This document shows positions 35,752-43,588 of a DNA stretch of 54,912 nucleotides, piece after piece; the first letter of the stretch is position 1; each line of letters begins with the position of its first letter. Source of the DNA: Thermoplasmatota archaeon (GTDB lineage: Archaea > Thermoplasmatota > Poseidoniia > Poseidoniales > Poseidoniaceae). The notes below the pieces were generated by a model. It made no database searches. It saw only the letters and a program-made list of their open reading frames with translations, and was not told the DNA's origin. The stretch lies in NCBI GenBank assembly GCA_036160375.1, contig JAYYDY010000031.1, forward strand, positions 1-54,912. The letters are read 5' to 3'. The position numbers and the translations under genes were made by a program.

Positions 35752-36372
35752 TTACAGGCCACCCGTCTCCATGATGTTCAAGGCTTCCTCCAACACGGTG
35801 GCGTTGGACCAGTATGTCTTGGAGGTCCATACGAGCCGACCTTCACTGTCGAGCACCTGGAGGGTGGGCGTCACTGGCATCTCGAACGCTCGGTAGAGGT
35901 CCACGTCGGTCAGCCGTCCGGTTTCCGCGTCGATGACCTTGGTGCTTTCCGAGGGCAGCAGCAGCGGCCACGGCGTGTAGGTGGAACTGTTGTTGTTGGT
36001 GTAGCGCTCTCGAACGTCGTTGATGGATTCGAAGGCGGGGTAGCGATGTACGGACACGATGTTGGTGGTGTTGGAGATGTTGCCGGCCTCCAGCTCTTCG
36101 CTGAGCATGGCCGTCCAGTCGTGACAACCAGCGCATCCTGCAGCGACCCAGAGCATCAGGACGGGGCCGTCAAACGAGTTGCGAAGGTCATGGGTAGAAC
36201 CGTTGTCCACTTCGCGGTCAAAGGTCGGTGCGACAAAGGAAAGGCGGTCGGGTACCGGTGAGAGCACCGCTTCCTCCTCGGTTTCTACGGCGTCTTCAAC
36301 GGGCGCCGCCGTGCAACCGGCAAGCATCATCAAGAGGACCATTACCGAAACAAGTCGCTTGGCTTGGAGCAT
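35752..36372 (-). CDS. TlpA/ResA-like thioredoxin-fold lipoprotein (thiol-disulfide oxidoreductase)
   Basis: Trimmed from TTG 36402 to ATG 36372 (MLQAKRLVSVMVLLMMLAGC, lipobox). CxxC active site in LMLWVAAGCAGCHDW. Family-typical C-terminal TPTLQVLDSEGRLVW. Confidence 0.75.
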   Translation of the reverse strand: MLQAKRLVSVMVLLMMLAGCTAAPVEDAVETEEEAVLSPVPDRLSFVAPTFDREVDNGSTHDLRNSFDGPVLMLWVAAGCAGCHDWTAMLSEELEAGNISNTTNIVSVHRYPAFESINDVRERYTNNNSSTYTPWPLLLPSESTKVIDAETGRLTDVDLYRAFEMPVTPTLQVLDSEGRLVWTSKTYWSNATVLEEALNIMETGGL

Positions 36373-36409
36373 GGTCACCACTCGCCGAGGTCGGTATTTC
36401 AACGCCTGT

Positions 36410-36952
36410 TCAAAATCCGAAGTTCATCACCCAGTACAAGGCGTCCCACCACGTGCATTGAATCGAGAGCATGATGGAGCCAGCAACGACCAACTTGGCT
36501 CCTTCCAAACGGTCTCGGGCAGGCCAGACGAGCACGGCAAATCCAACCGACGCTGCGCCGGCCGTCCACAACACGGCCACGATGGCCACCATTCCGAGTG
36601 TTGACGGGGCCTCAATGTACATCCGGGTGAGGTCAATCCATACCAGGGAGCACAGCAAAAAAGCAGCATAGAGCATCATGAGGCGCTGCACGCCTTTCCC
36701 GTCCTCTATGGACCACGGCCAGTGCAGGGAAGCCACCTGGTCTTCGGTCCACGCCAAAAAGAATCGATGCATCATCAGCAAGTAGCCTGCAGCAGCCACG
36801 AACATCCACGGAACGATGAGCGACTGCATGGAGGTCGGGACCTCGCCCCAGTACACCGACGGGTCGTCAAAGGCCTGAACCCCACGCCAGTATGAGACCA
36901 AAATCAGCGGTCCGACGATGTTGGCAAACCAAAACACGGTGGCTCGCTTCAT
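36410..36952 (-). CDS. hypothetical Trp-rich polytopic (5-6 TM) membrane protein
   Basis: Its ATG (36950-36952) overlaps the TGA (36949-36951) of the RND gene. 180 aa, hydrophobic, 12 Trp. No family recognised. Confidence 0.6.
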   Translation of the reverse strand: MKRATVFWFANIVGPLILVSYWRGVQAFDDPSVYWGEVPTSMQSLIVPWMFVAAAGYLLMMHRFFLAWTEDQVASLHWPWSIEDGKGVQRLMMLYAAFLLCSLVWIDLTRMYIEAPSTLGMVAIVAVLWTAGAASVGFAVLVWPARDRLEGAKLVVAGSIMLSIQCTWWDALYWVMNFGF

Positions 36953-39726
36953 TCGCTCTCACCTTGGGCTTTGGCTGCTGTTCGCTTGAGGAACGGGCTG
37001 TAGAGCGCAGGCAGGATGATCAAACTCGACAACAAGGCCAAGGTGATGGCCACCACGAAGGCTTGGCCAAAGAGGCGCAGCGGCAACAAGGCTGAGAGGT
37101 TGAGCACGGCAAAGCCACCGGCGGTTGTCAAGGCCGCACCCGCCATGGCACGCCCCGTGGTCGCGGTGGATTTGGCCACCCACTCTTCAGGAGCAGCATA
37201 CGGTCGATGCTCTGCTTCTTCCTCGAGCCGTGTCGTGAAGTGGACGGCGTAGTCCACGCCCAGGCCCAACGAGAGGGCACCAATGGTAACGGTCTGCGAG
37301 TTGATGTTGTAGCCCGTGTAGCCCATGATCCCGTAGACCCAGACGACGACCATCATGAGGGGGATCCACGACACAACGCCACGCTGAACGCCTTCTTTCA
37401 AGTCGTTGCCGTTCCGAACGGTGTGAATCCCCACCAGCATGAACAGGATGACCACGGCCACGATGCCCGTTGATTGAACGGAAGCGGTGGCCACGTCAGC
37501 CGTGGTCTGGGCGTTGATGAGGGCACGACCGCTCAGCCTTAGCGTGTAGTCATCGCCAGCCTGTGCAGACAGGTCGTCAAGGGCGGCTTCGATGCTTTCG
37601 GCCAGTTCAACGGTAGCGCCCCAGTCCAAGGTATCGGCTTGGAATGAGAGGACGGTTTGCAGACCGTCTCGTGCGAGCAGGCTCTTGGTCGCTTCAATGC
37701 CCGTGGTGTTCTCGAGGGACCACGCCAGCAGGTCGTCGTAGCCGGTGGTTTCACCCGATTCGGCGGCGAGGAGGAACCCGTCCACGACAGGGTCTTGCAA
37801 ACGGGTTTGTTCGTACACGTCCCAAATGCCCGTCGGCACACCGCTCACGTCGTCCCGGGCCGACATGGTATCGAATGCAGCGGTCCAGGCGGTCCGCCCT
37901 TCTTCGCTGATGACGTCGCCGTCAATCACCACATACAGCGGCGAGCGGCTGGTGCCAAACTCGTCGCTGATGAGAAGGAAGTCGCCCACAACCGGAATCG
38001 ATTCGTCCAGTTGGTCGCGCTGTTCGAACGCCACTTCGAGCTGTTGGAATCCGGCGACCATGGGTGCCAGCAACACCAGCGCGATGAGACCGACCTTGAA
38101 CGGTTGGGTGGAAAGTCGGCCGAGTCCCTTGGCAAGCGGGCCCACCTCGACCTTGCTCGCTTTCTCAAGCGGCAGTTTCTTGGTTGGCAGCATGAGCATG
38201 AGAGCGGGTAAGGCCGAGATGCTCAGGAGGTAGATGAGGAACAACCCGATGGCGATGACGGTGCCGAACACCTGCAGGAAGGCCAGCGTGGACAGGCGGA
38301 AGGAAAGGAAGCCAACGATGTCGGTGGTGATGGCGATCATCAACGCAATGGACGTGAGAATGGTCCCCTGTCGGATGGCTCGTTGTCGGGAGGCTTTGTC
38401 GAAGTCCCGCAAGGTGGCGCGACCCATCGGATTTCGTTGTTCTTCTTCCTTCAATTCCTCGCGAATGCGAAGCACGACGTGAAGGCCGTAGTCAACACCA
38501 ATCGCCAGCAGGAGCACGGGGATGGAATTCATGGCGGCGTTGAAGGTCATGTTCACGCCGGCAAACTGCAGCCATCCCGAGAGGCCGTAGGTGGCGGCGA
38601 TGGCGACCACCGTGAGGATGAGCACATAGGCGGTTTCTCGAACGCTGCGGAAGTTGAACCACAAAATGAGGCCCAGCAGCAACATGGCAGCGCTGGTGAG
38701 CATACCGATTTCTTTTCCGATGGTGGCACTGTTGTTCTCGGCGAATTGAGCGAAAGAAAAGGTGCGTACGTCGCTGTCGTTGGTCGCTGCGACGACCTCA
38801 AGTTCCATCGCTTCGGCCCAGGCCGTCAAATCAGCCTGCACGTCGCCCAGGATCTCGTAGTCGTAATCCAACGGCTCACTGGAAACCACCAGCGTGACCA
38901 TCACCGGTCCGTCCGAGACCCACGGGTCGTCCGCATCGTCGCTTGGCAAGCACGAAAGAATGGCCGCTCGGAAATCAATGGATTGCAACCCCATGATCGG
39001 TCCAAGTTGGCCCTGAAGTGGCCCGGTGACGGCGAGAATTTGCCCAGTCTGAGCCGGAGTCCTGTTTTGTGTCATGGCGGAAAGCTGCCCCATCAGCATG
39101 CCGAGCTCATCGCTGAGGTCGCCCGCTGCGTCCATGCGAGCGAGCCATGCGGCGGGTTCACTGGCGTCCCACGCTCGCAAGCGTTCGGGAGTAACGGGTT
39201 CGACGCCAGGCACGCTGGCGGCCGCCGAAGACAGGTTGCCAAGAGCAGATGAGAGGTTGGCATCGTCGTTCGCCGTCAAGACCTCAATGGCGGCCTCTTG
39301 CAGGCCTGTGAGCCAAACCGCAGCCGTTTCCTCGTCTTGCAGGGCCATCCACTGCATGGCCTGGCCAGCAGGGCCGTTGTTGGCTTGGGTGCCAAACAAG
39401 GGGTAGTGGTACGGCTCGAAATTGCTGTCGTTGAGCATCATGGCTTCGATGGTCGCCAGTTGCTCCCAGGTCTCCGTCTCAAGCAAGGCCTCGGCTTCGA
39501 TCTCATCGATGAATCGAATGAAATCGAGGTTCGCTCTGTACTCCGACTCGATTTCGTTGAGCAAGTCAACGCTCGGGTCATCGGGAAAGAACCCGTCCTC
39601 GCTGTTGTCAAACTGCAGGTGCATGCCACCAGCGGCGAGCGTAAACATGGCCAACATGACCACTGCAAAGGCTTGCTTTGGACGGTCGACACTCCAGTCA
39701 GTCAGCATCATGAAAGGATTTCGCAT
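36949..39726 (-). CDS. RND-superfamily exporter (MMPL/HpnN-like, two 6-TM bundles with large outside loops)
   Basis: Trimmed to ATG 39726 (MRNPFMMLTDWSVDRPKQAFAVVMLAMFTLAAGG). Duplicated architecture with two SSD-like TM blocks (...LLLAIGVDYGLHVV... and ...ALSLGLGVDYAVHFT...), typical of the archaeal/bacterial predicted-exporter RND family. Confidence 0.85.
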   Translation of the reverse strand: MRNPFMMLTDWSVDRPKQAFAVVMLAMFTLAAGGMHLQFDNSEDGFFPDDPSVDLLNEIESEYRANLDFIRFIDEIEAEALLETETWEQLATIEAMMLNDSNFEPYHYPLFGTQANNGPAGQAMQWMALQDEETAAVWLTGLQEAAIEVLTANDDANLSSALGNLSSAAASVPGVEPVTPERLRAWDASEPAAWLARMDAAGDLSDELGMLMGQLSAMTQNRTPAQTGQILAVTGPLQGQLGPIMGLQSIDFRAAILSCLPSDDADDPWVSDGPVMVTLVVSSEPLDYDYEILGDVQADLTAWAEAMELEVVAATNDSDVRTFSFAQFAENNSATIGKEIGMLTSAAMLLLGLILWFNFRSVRETAYVLILTVVAIAATYGLSGWLQFAGVNMTFNAAMNSIPVLLLAIGVDYGLHVVLRIREELKEEEQRNPMGRATLRDFDKASRQRAIRQGTILTSIALMIAITTDIVGFLSFRLSTLAFLQVFGTVIAIGLFLIYLLSISALPALMLMLPTKKLPLEKASKVEVGPLAKGLGRLSTQPFKVGLIALVLLAPMVAGFQQLEVAFEQRDQLDESIPVVGDFLLISDEFGTSRSPLYVVIDGDVISEEGRTAWTAAFDTMSARDDVSGVPTGIWDVYEQTRLQDPVVDGFLLAAESGETTGYDDLLAWSLENTTGIEATKSLLARDGLQTVLSFQADTLDWGATVELAESIEAALDDLSAQAGDDYTLRLSGRALINAQTTADVATASVQSTGIVAVVILFMLVGIHTVRNGNDLKEGVQRGVVSWIPLMMVVVWVYGIMGYTGYNINSQTVTIGALSLGLGVDYAVHFTTRLEEEAEHRPYAAPEEWVAKSTATTGRAMAGAALTTAGGFAVLNLSALLPLRLFGQAFVVAITLALLSSLIILPALYSPFLKRTAAKAQGESE

Positions 39727-39746
39727 GATTTTTGCACATTCTTTTC

Positions 39747-39755
39747 GCTTATAAC
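39747..39755 (-). promoter_or_regulatory. TATA-like box (minus strand gttataagc) for the RND operon
   Basis: 21-29 nt upstream of ATG 39726 on the minus strand. Confidence 0.4.
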
Positions 39756-39776
39756 CGTCCGTTTGTGTTCCTTTGT

Positions 39777-39801
39777 GAGGCCCTCGGTTTGTCGAGGCCC
39801 T
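39777..39801. promoter_or_regulatory. direct repeat gaggccct (39777-39784, 39794-39801), each preceded by a tttgt motif
   Basis: Two exact 8-mers 17 bp apart. tttgt occurs at 39762, 39772 and 39788. All lie within the 109-nt divergent spacer between the RND operon and the GGCT-like gene. Confidence 0.35.
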
Positions 39802-39835
39802 GTGGCTTGAAATACCCTCAACCACATTGCTGAGT

Positions 39836-40705
39836 ATGAACCCAGAAAGGCTCTATTTCGGCTACGGTTCAAACCTTGACGCCGAGGATTGGGCGGCTTG
39901 GTGCAGCACCAATGCAGCCGACCCAACCAGCATGGTCGAGTTGGGTCCAGCTTGGCTGCTTGACCATTCGTTGCGGTTTCACTACCGCTCGAAGGGGAGA
40001 GGTGGCGGCGCTGCAGACGTGGTTGAGGATTCGAGGGGCACCGCCGTTCCCGGGGTGCTCTTTTCCCTGTCCGAGGAGGGTTGGAAATGGATGAATCAAA
40101 AAGAAGGCCACCCCACAGTCTACCGCCAAACGCCCGTTCGCGTTATCACCCTGGAGGGAAAGGTGGTGGAGGCGATCACCTACGTCGTTCAACCGAAGCA
40201 TCAGCGAAGTGAACTGGTGGTGCCAACAGAGGCGTATGCTGGACTCATCCGAAAGGGCCTTCGAGAGAGAAAATTATCAGTTGAACATTTGAATTTAGCA
40301 ATACAAAATTTTGATTCATCATCCACGATTGAACATGTCTTCGTCTATGGGACGTTGATGAAAGGAAAGGAGCGATGGCCGCGCATGCGCTCCTGGGCAA
40401 CAGAAGGACCCGCCAACGGTCATGTTCAGGGCCGCCTCTACCACTTGGGCCACTACCCGGGGATACGTCTTGACGAGGAAGGCCTCGTTCACGGTGAGCT
40501 GTATCGTTGCAGAGACATCAACGGGGCCTTGAAGGAACTCGATGCCATTGAGGGGGCTGACCCCGTCAATCCTCAATCTGGCCTCTACCTTCGCGTGCCG
40601 GTCAGGGTTGAGGCCGAAACAGGGCCACGGTGGGCGTGGACCTATGTCATCAACCGACTCCCATCGTCATCTGTTCCACTGGACGAGGGTCGTTGGGTGG
40701 AATGA
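39836..40705 (+). CDS. tandem gamma-glutamylcyclotransferase-like (GGCT/AIG2-like) two-domain protein
   Basis: Trimmed from TTG 39827 to ATG 39836. The first domain starts LYFGYGSNLDAEDW, the second VFVYGTLMKGKERW; both are GGCT-fold N-terminal signatures. Confidence 0.75.
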   Translation: MNPERLYFGYGSNLDAEDWAAWCSTNAADPTSMVELGPAWLLDHSLRFHYRSKGRGGGAADVVEDSRGTAVPGVLFSLSEEGWKWMNQKEGHPTVYRQTPVRVITLEGKVVEAITYVVQPKHQRSELVVPTEAYAGLIRKGLRERKLSVEHLNLAIQNFDSSSTIEHVFVYGTLMKGKERWPRMRSWATEGPANGHVQGRLYHLGHYPGIRLDEEGLVHGELYRCRDINGALKELDAIEGADPVNPQSGLYLRVPVRVEAETGPRWAWTYVINRLPSSSVPLDEGRWVE

Positions 40706-40709
40706 GTCT

Positions 40710-41168
40710 TCATTCGAGATCGAGGAGCACGGCACCTTGGGCGACCTGATCGCCAGCCTCGTAGTGAACAGCCACCACGGTGCCGTCCGCAGCCGCCACG
40801 ATGCGGTGCTCCATTTTCATCGCCTCGAGCACCATGAGCGGCGTGCCCGCTTCGACGACGTCGCCCTGCGCCACGAGCACTTCGAGCACCTTGCCGGGCA
40901 TCGGTGCGACCAATCCACCCTCGTCTTCGGCGCCCGAGGAACCGGGTTCAATGCGTTCCCACTTGTAGGTGCGACCGTTGAGATGAACCCACCACACATC
41001 GCCAACTTTGGCGGCGTGAGCAAGGCAGGTACGGCCGTCCCGTAGGGTGAGATGGAGGCGACCATGGTTGTGCTGAACCAGCGTTTGCCCTTCCAACACG
41101 AAGGCCTCGCCGTCACGAATCAGCGTGACCTCCACGGGCCCCTCGCTTGAAGCAAAGGTGTGCTGCAT
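40710..41168 (-). CDS. accB: biotin carboxyl carrier protein (biotinyl domain) of the acyl-CoA carboxylase
   Basis: Track ORF trimmed to ATG 41168 (152 aa). The biotinylation motif EAMKME sits in VAPMPGKVLEVLVAQGDVVEAGTPLMVLEAMKMEHRI. The ATG shares one base with the TGA (41168-41170) of the biotin carboxylase gene. Confidence 0.85.
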   Translation of the reverse strand: MQHTFASSEGPVEVTLIRDGEAFVLEGQTLVQHNHGRLHLTLRDGRTCLAHAAKVGDVWWVHLNGRTYKWERIEPGSSGAEDEGGLVAPMPGKVLEVLVAQGDVVEAGTPLMVLEAMKMEHRIVAAADGTVVAVHYEAGDQVAQGAVLLDLE

Positions 41169-42661
41169 CAGGGGTACCTCCGGGTTAGGGTAACGAACGG
41201 ACTCGCTGGGCCGTCCGACGACCCGGTGCGGCTGGCTGTGCGAACTCGATGCAGCCCGAGCGTCTCTGCGCTGGCGGCCACGAGCAAGGCGGCGTCTTCG
41301 AGCATGTTGTCGGCGGGCGGATTCCACCCGTCTGGCCACAACTCGTCGATGGTGGTCGTGGTTGTGGAACCGTCGACGACGGGTCCAGCATCGCACAAAT
41401 CCCGGAGGAATTCGATGTTGGTCGTCGTTCCAAGCACAACGAATTCGTCGAGCGCACGGCGCATCTTCTCAAGCGCCTCAGGGCGGGATGGAGCCCAAAC
41501 GATGAGCTTGGCCAGCATGGGGTCGTAGTTCGGGGTGACATCGTCGCCCTCGCGGACGCCCGTGTCCAATCGAATGCCAGGGCCCTCGGGTGGCCGGAAC
41601 ACGGCTAACGGCCCAATGGAAGGAAGGAAACCGTTGGCCGCATCTTCGGCGTAGAGTCGAACCTCAATGGCATGGCCTCGAATCATCAGCGGACCACAGG
41701 ACATGGGCTCGCCGTTGGCGATGCGAAGTTGTTCTCGTACGATGTCTACGCCGGTGACAAGCTCGGTCACGGGGTGTTCCACTTGGATGCGGGTGTTCAT
41801 TTCGAGGAAGAAGAACTCGCCAGTGGGTGCCAGAAGGAATTCAACCGTTCCTGCGCCAACGTAGTTCACCGCTTCAGCCGCTGCCACCGCGGCCTGGCCC
41901 ATCGCTTCGCGCAGCGCCTCGGTCATGGTTGGCCCGGGGGCTTCTTCGAACACCTTCTGGTGCCGGCGCTGAACGCTGCATTCTCGCTCACCGAGGTGGA
42001 CGGTTCGGCCGTGTTGGTCGGCGAGGACCTGGATTTCGACGTGCTTGGAGCCCGACAGCAAGCGTTCGATGTAGATGCGACCGTCGCCAAAGGCAGCCAC
42101 GGCTTCTCGTCGAGCACCTGCTGCTGCGCTGTCAAATTCGGTAGGGTCGTGAACGGCCCGCATCCCTTTGCCGCCTCCGCCGCTGGAGGCTTTGAGCAGG
42201 AGCGGGTAGCCGACGCGCTCAGCGGCGATACGCAGGGCTTCAAGCGCGCTGTCCTCATCCGCCTCTTCCACTTCTTCACCGGGGATCACCGGTACACCGG
42301 CCGCCCGCATGGTTTGGCGAGCGGTCATCTTGTCGCCCATCTTCTCAATGGCCATGGCCGAAGGGCCAATCCAGGTGAGGCCGGCGGCTTGGACCGCCGT
42401 AGCGAATTCAGCTCGCTCCGACAAGAAGCCAAAGCCGGGGTGGATGGCGGTGGCCCCGGTATCGAGCGCCGCTTGGATGATCTGTTGTTGGTCAAGGTAG
42501 GTTTCAGCAATGGTCTCGCCTTTGAGCATGACCACTCGATCTGCCATTTCGGTGAACAGGCTGCCCGCATCGTTGGGTGCGCAGATGGCCACCGTGGGGT
42601 GGCCGGCTTCCTTGCATGCACGGAGGATCCGGCACGCAATTTCACCACGGTTGGCCACCAA
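41168..42661 (-). CDS. accC: biotin carboxylase subunit of acyl-CoA (probably 3-methylcrotonyl-CoA) carboxylase
   Basis: VANRGEIACRILRA, ...PLLLKASSGGGGKGMR, ...EMNTRIQVEHPVTE. No in-frame ATG: the start is TTG 42661 or GTG 42658, only 7 codons after an in-frame TGA that is also the stop of the hydratase gene. GGAGG at 42678-42682. Confidence 0.92.
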   Translation of the reverse strand: MVANRGEIACRILRACKEAGHPTVAICAPNDAGSLFTEMADRVVMLKGETIAETYLDQQQIIQAALDTGATAIHPGFGFLSERAEFATAVQAAGLTWIGPSAMAIEKMGDKMTARQTMRAAGVPVIPGEEVEEADEDSALEALRIAAERVGYPLLLKASSGGGGKGMRAVHDPTEFDSAAAGARREAVAAFGDGRIYIERLLSGSKHVEIQVLADQHGRTVHLGERECSVQRRHQKVFEEAPGPTMTEALREAMGQAAVAAAEAVNYVGAGTVEFLLAPTGEFFFLEMNTRIQVEHPVTELVTGVDIVREQLRIANGEPMSCGPLMIRGHAIEVRLYAEDAANGFLPSIGPLAVFRPPEGPGIRLDTGVREGDDVTPNYDPMLAKLIVWAPSRPEALEKMRRALDEFVVLGTTTNIEFLRDLCDAGPVVDGSTTTTTIDELWPDGWNPPADNMLEDAALLVAASAETLGLHRVRTASRTGSSDGPASPFVTLTRRYP

Positions 42662-42682
42662 GACGTTGATTGCAATCCCTCC

Positions 42683-43546
42683 TCATTCCGTTTCAGGCTT
42701 CCAATTTGGTGAGCGCTTCTCAAGGAAGGAGGACAAGCCTTCCTGACCTTCCTTTGAGCCTCGCATTCGACTCGTGAAATCAAGCGTCCAGTTTCGGAGC
42801 TCTTCATCCGAGCCGGTCCAGCGGTCGAATCCAAGCGTGAGCTCCTTCGAGAGCGTCACCGCCGACGGGCCCGTGGTCATGACTTCAGCCACGATGGACG
42901 AAACCGCTTCTTCTAGGCCGTCTTGGTCGTCAACAAGGGCTTCAATGAAACCGATACGAAGGGCTTCTTCGCCCTGGACCCGACTGGCCTGCATGGCCAA
43001 GCGACGGAACGTTGCTGAACCCAATCGTCGGTAGACGTAGGGTCCAATCACGGCGGGGAGGATGCCAAGTTTGCCTTCCGAGAGGGCGATGCGAATGTTC
43101 TGCGTGGCCACGACATAATCACAACACGAGACCAATCCTGCGCCGCCGCCCAGCGCTACGCCTTGCACGGCACCAACGGTGAAGCAGGGATGGGCCCACA
43201 GTCCGTTGAACAAACGGTCGAGGCGCTCGGAATCTGCTCGGTTTTCTTCCGGCGTGTTGGCGCCCGCATCTCGCATCATGTTGATGTCGGCCCCGGCGCA
43301 GAAGTGCTTCCCTTCTCCTCGCAGCACCAGGGTGCGCAGATAGGGAGTTCCGTTGGGGTCATGAAGGGCATCTTGCCGTCCAGCGCTGCGCTCTGCCGTC
43401 CATTCAAGCACGGCGATGAGCTCCTGGATCATGTCCACGTTCATGGCGTTGAATTTGTCAGAGCGCGTGAGCGTGAGGTTGGCCTGTGCGCCTTCAATGG
43501 TCAACGAGACCATGCGGGTGGTGGGTGGTTCGTCCATGAGCGTCAT
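42683..43546 (-). CDS. enoyl-CoA hydratase/isomerase (crotonase) family, methylglutaconyl-CoA hydratase-like
   Basis: LTLTRSDKFNAMN, LVLRGEGKHFCAGADI, AVQGVALGGGAGL (crotonase oxyanion-hole motifs). Its position between carboxyltransferase and biotin carboxylase matches the leucine-catabolic liu/mcc arrangement. Confidence 0.85.
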   Translation of the reverse strand: MTLMDEPPTTRMVSLTIEGAQANLTLTRSDKFNAMNVDMIQELIAVLEWTAERSAGRQDALHDPNGTPYLRTLVLRGEGKHFCAGADINMMRDAGANTPEENRADSERLDRLFNGLWAHPCFTVGAVQGVALGGGAGLVSCCDYVVATQNIRIALSEGKLGILPAVIGPYVYRRLGSATFRRLAMQASRVQGEEALRIGFIEALVDDQDGLEEAVSSIVAEVMTTGPSAVTLSKELTLGFDRWTGSDEELRNWTLDFTSRMRGSKEGQEGLSSFLEKRSPNWKPETE

Positions 43547-43570
43547 GCTGAAAACTCCAGTTCAAAAATC

Positions 43571-43580
43571 AAATATCCAA
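43571..43580 (-). promoter_or_regulatory. TATA-like box (minus strand ttggatattt) inside a 42-nt A/T-rich spacer between the carboxyltransferase and hydratase genes
   Basis: The minus-strand spacer reads tttttcaattggatatttgatttttgaactggagttttcagc-ATG: T-runs, then a GATAT box 25-34 nt upstream of ATG 43546, then GGAG. Confidence 0.35.
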
Positions 43581-43588
43581 TTGAAAAA

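Noticed and set aside
40710-42661. Possible frameshift or pseudogenisation of a fused MCC-alpha (biotin carboxylase + BCCP) gene, because the BCCP lies in a different frame overlapping the BC 3' end in the ORF track.
   Set aside because: A clean ATG at 41168 sharing one base with the BC stop (TGATG) yields a complete 152-aa BCCP. Separate accC/accB genes are normal in archaea, so no frameshift is needed.
42683-42685. The crotonase TGA is in frame with the biotin carboxylase ORF, suggesting stop-codon read-through or selenocysteine producing a crotonase-BC fusion.
   Set aside because: No SECIS-like structure or precedent is evident, and the 7 intervening codons (GGIAINV) look like the normal BC N-terminus. 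A GGAGG sits just upstream, so reinitiation at TTG/GTG is the simpler explanation.
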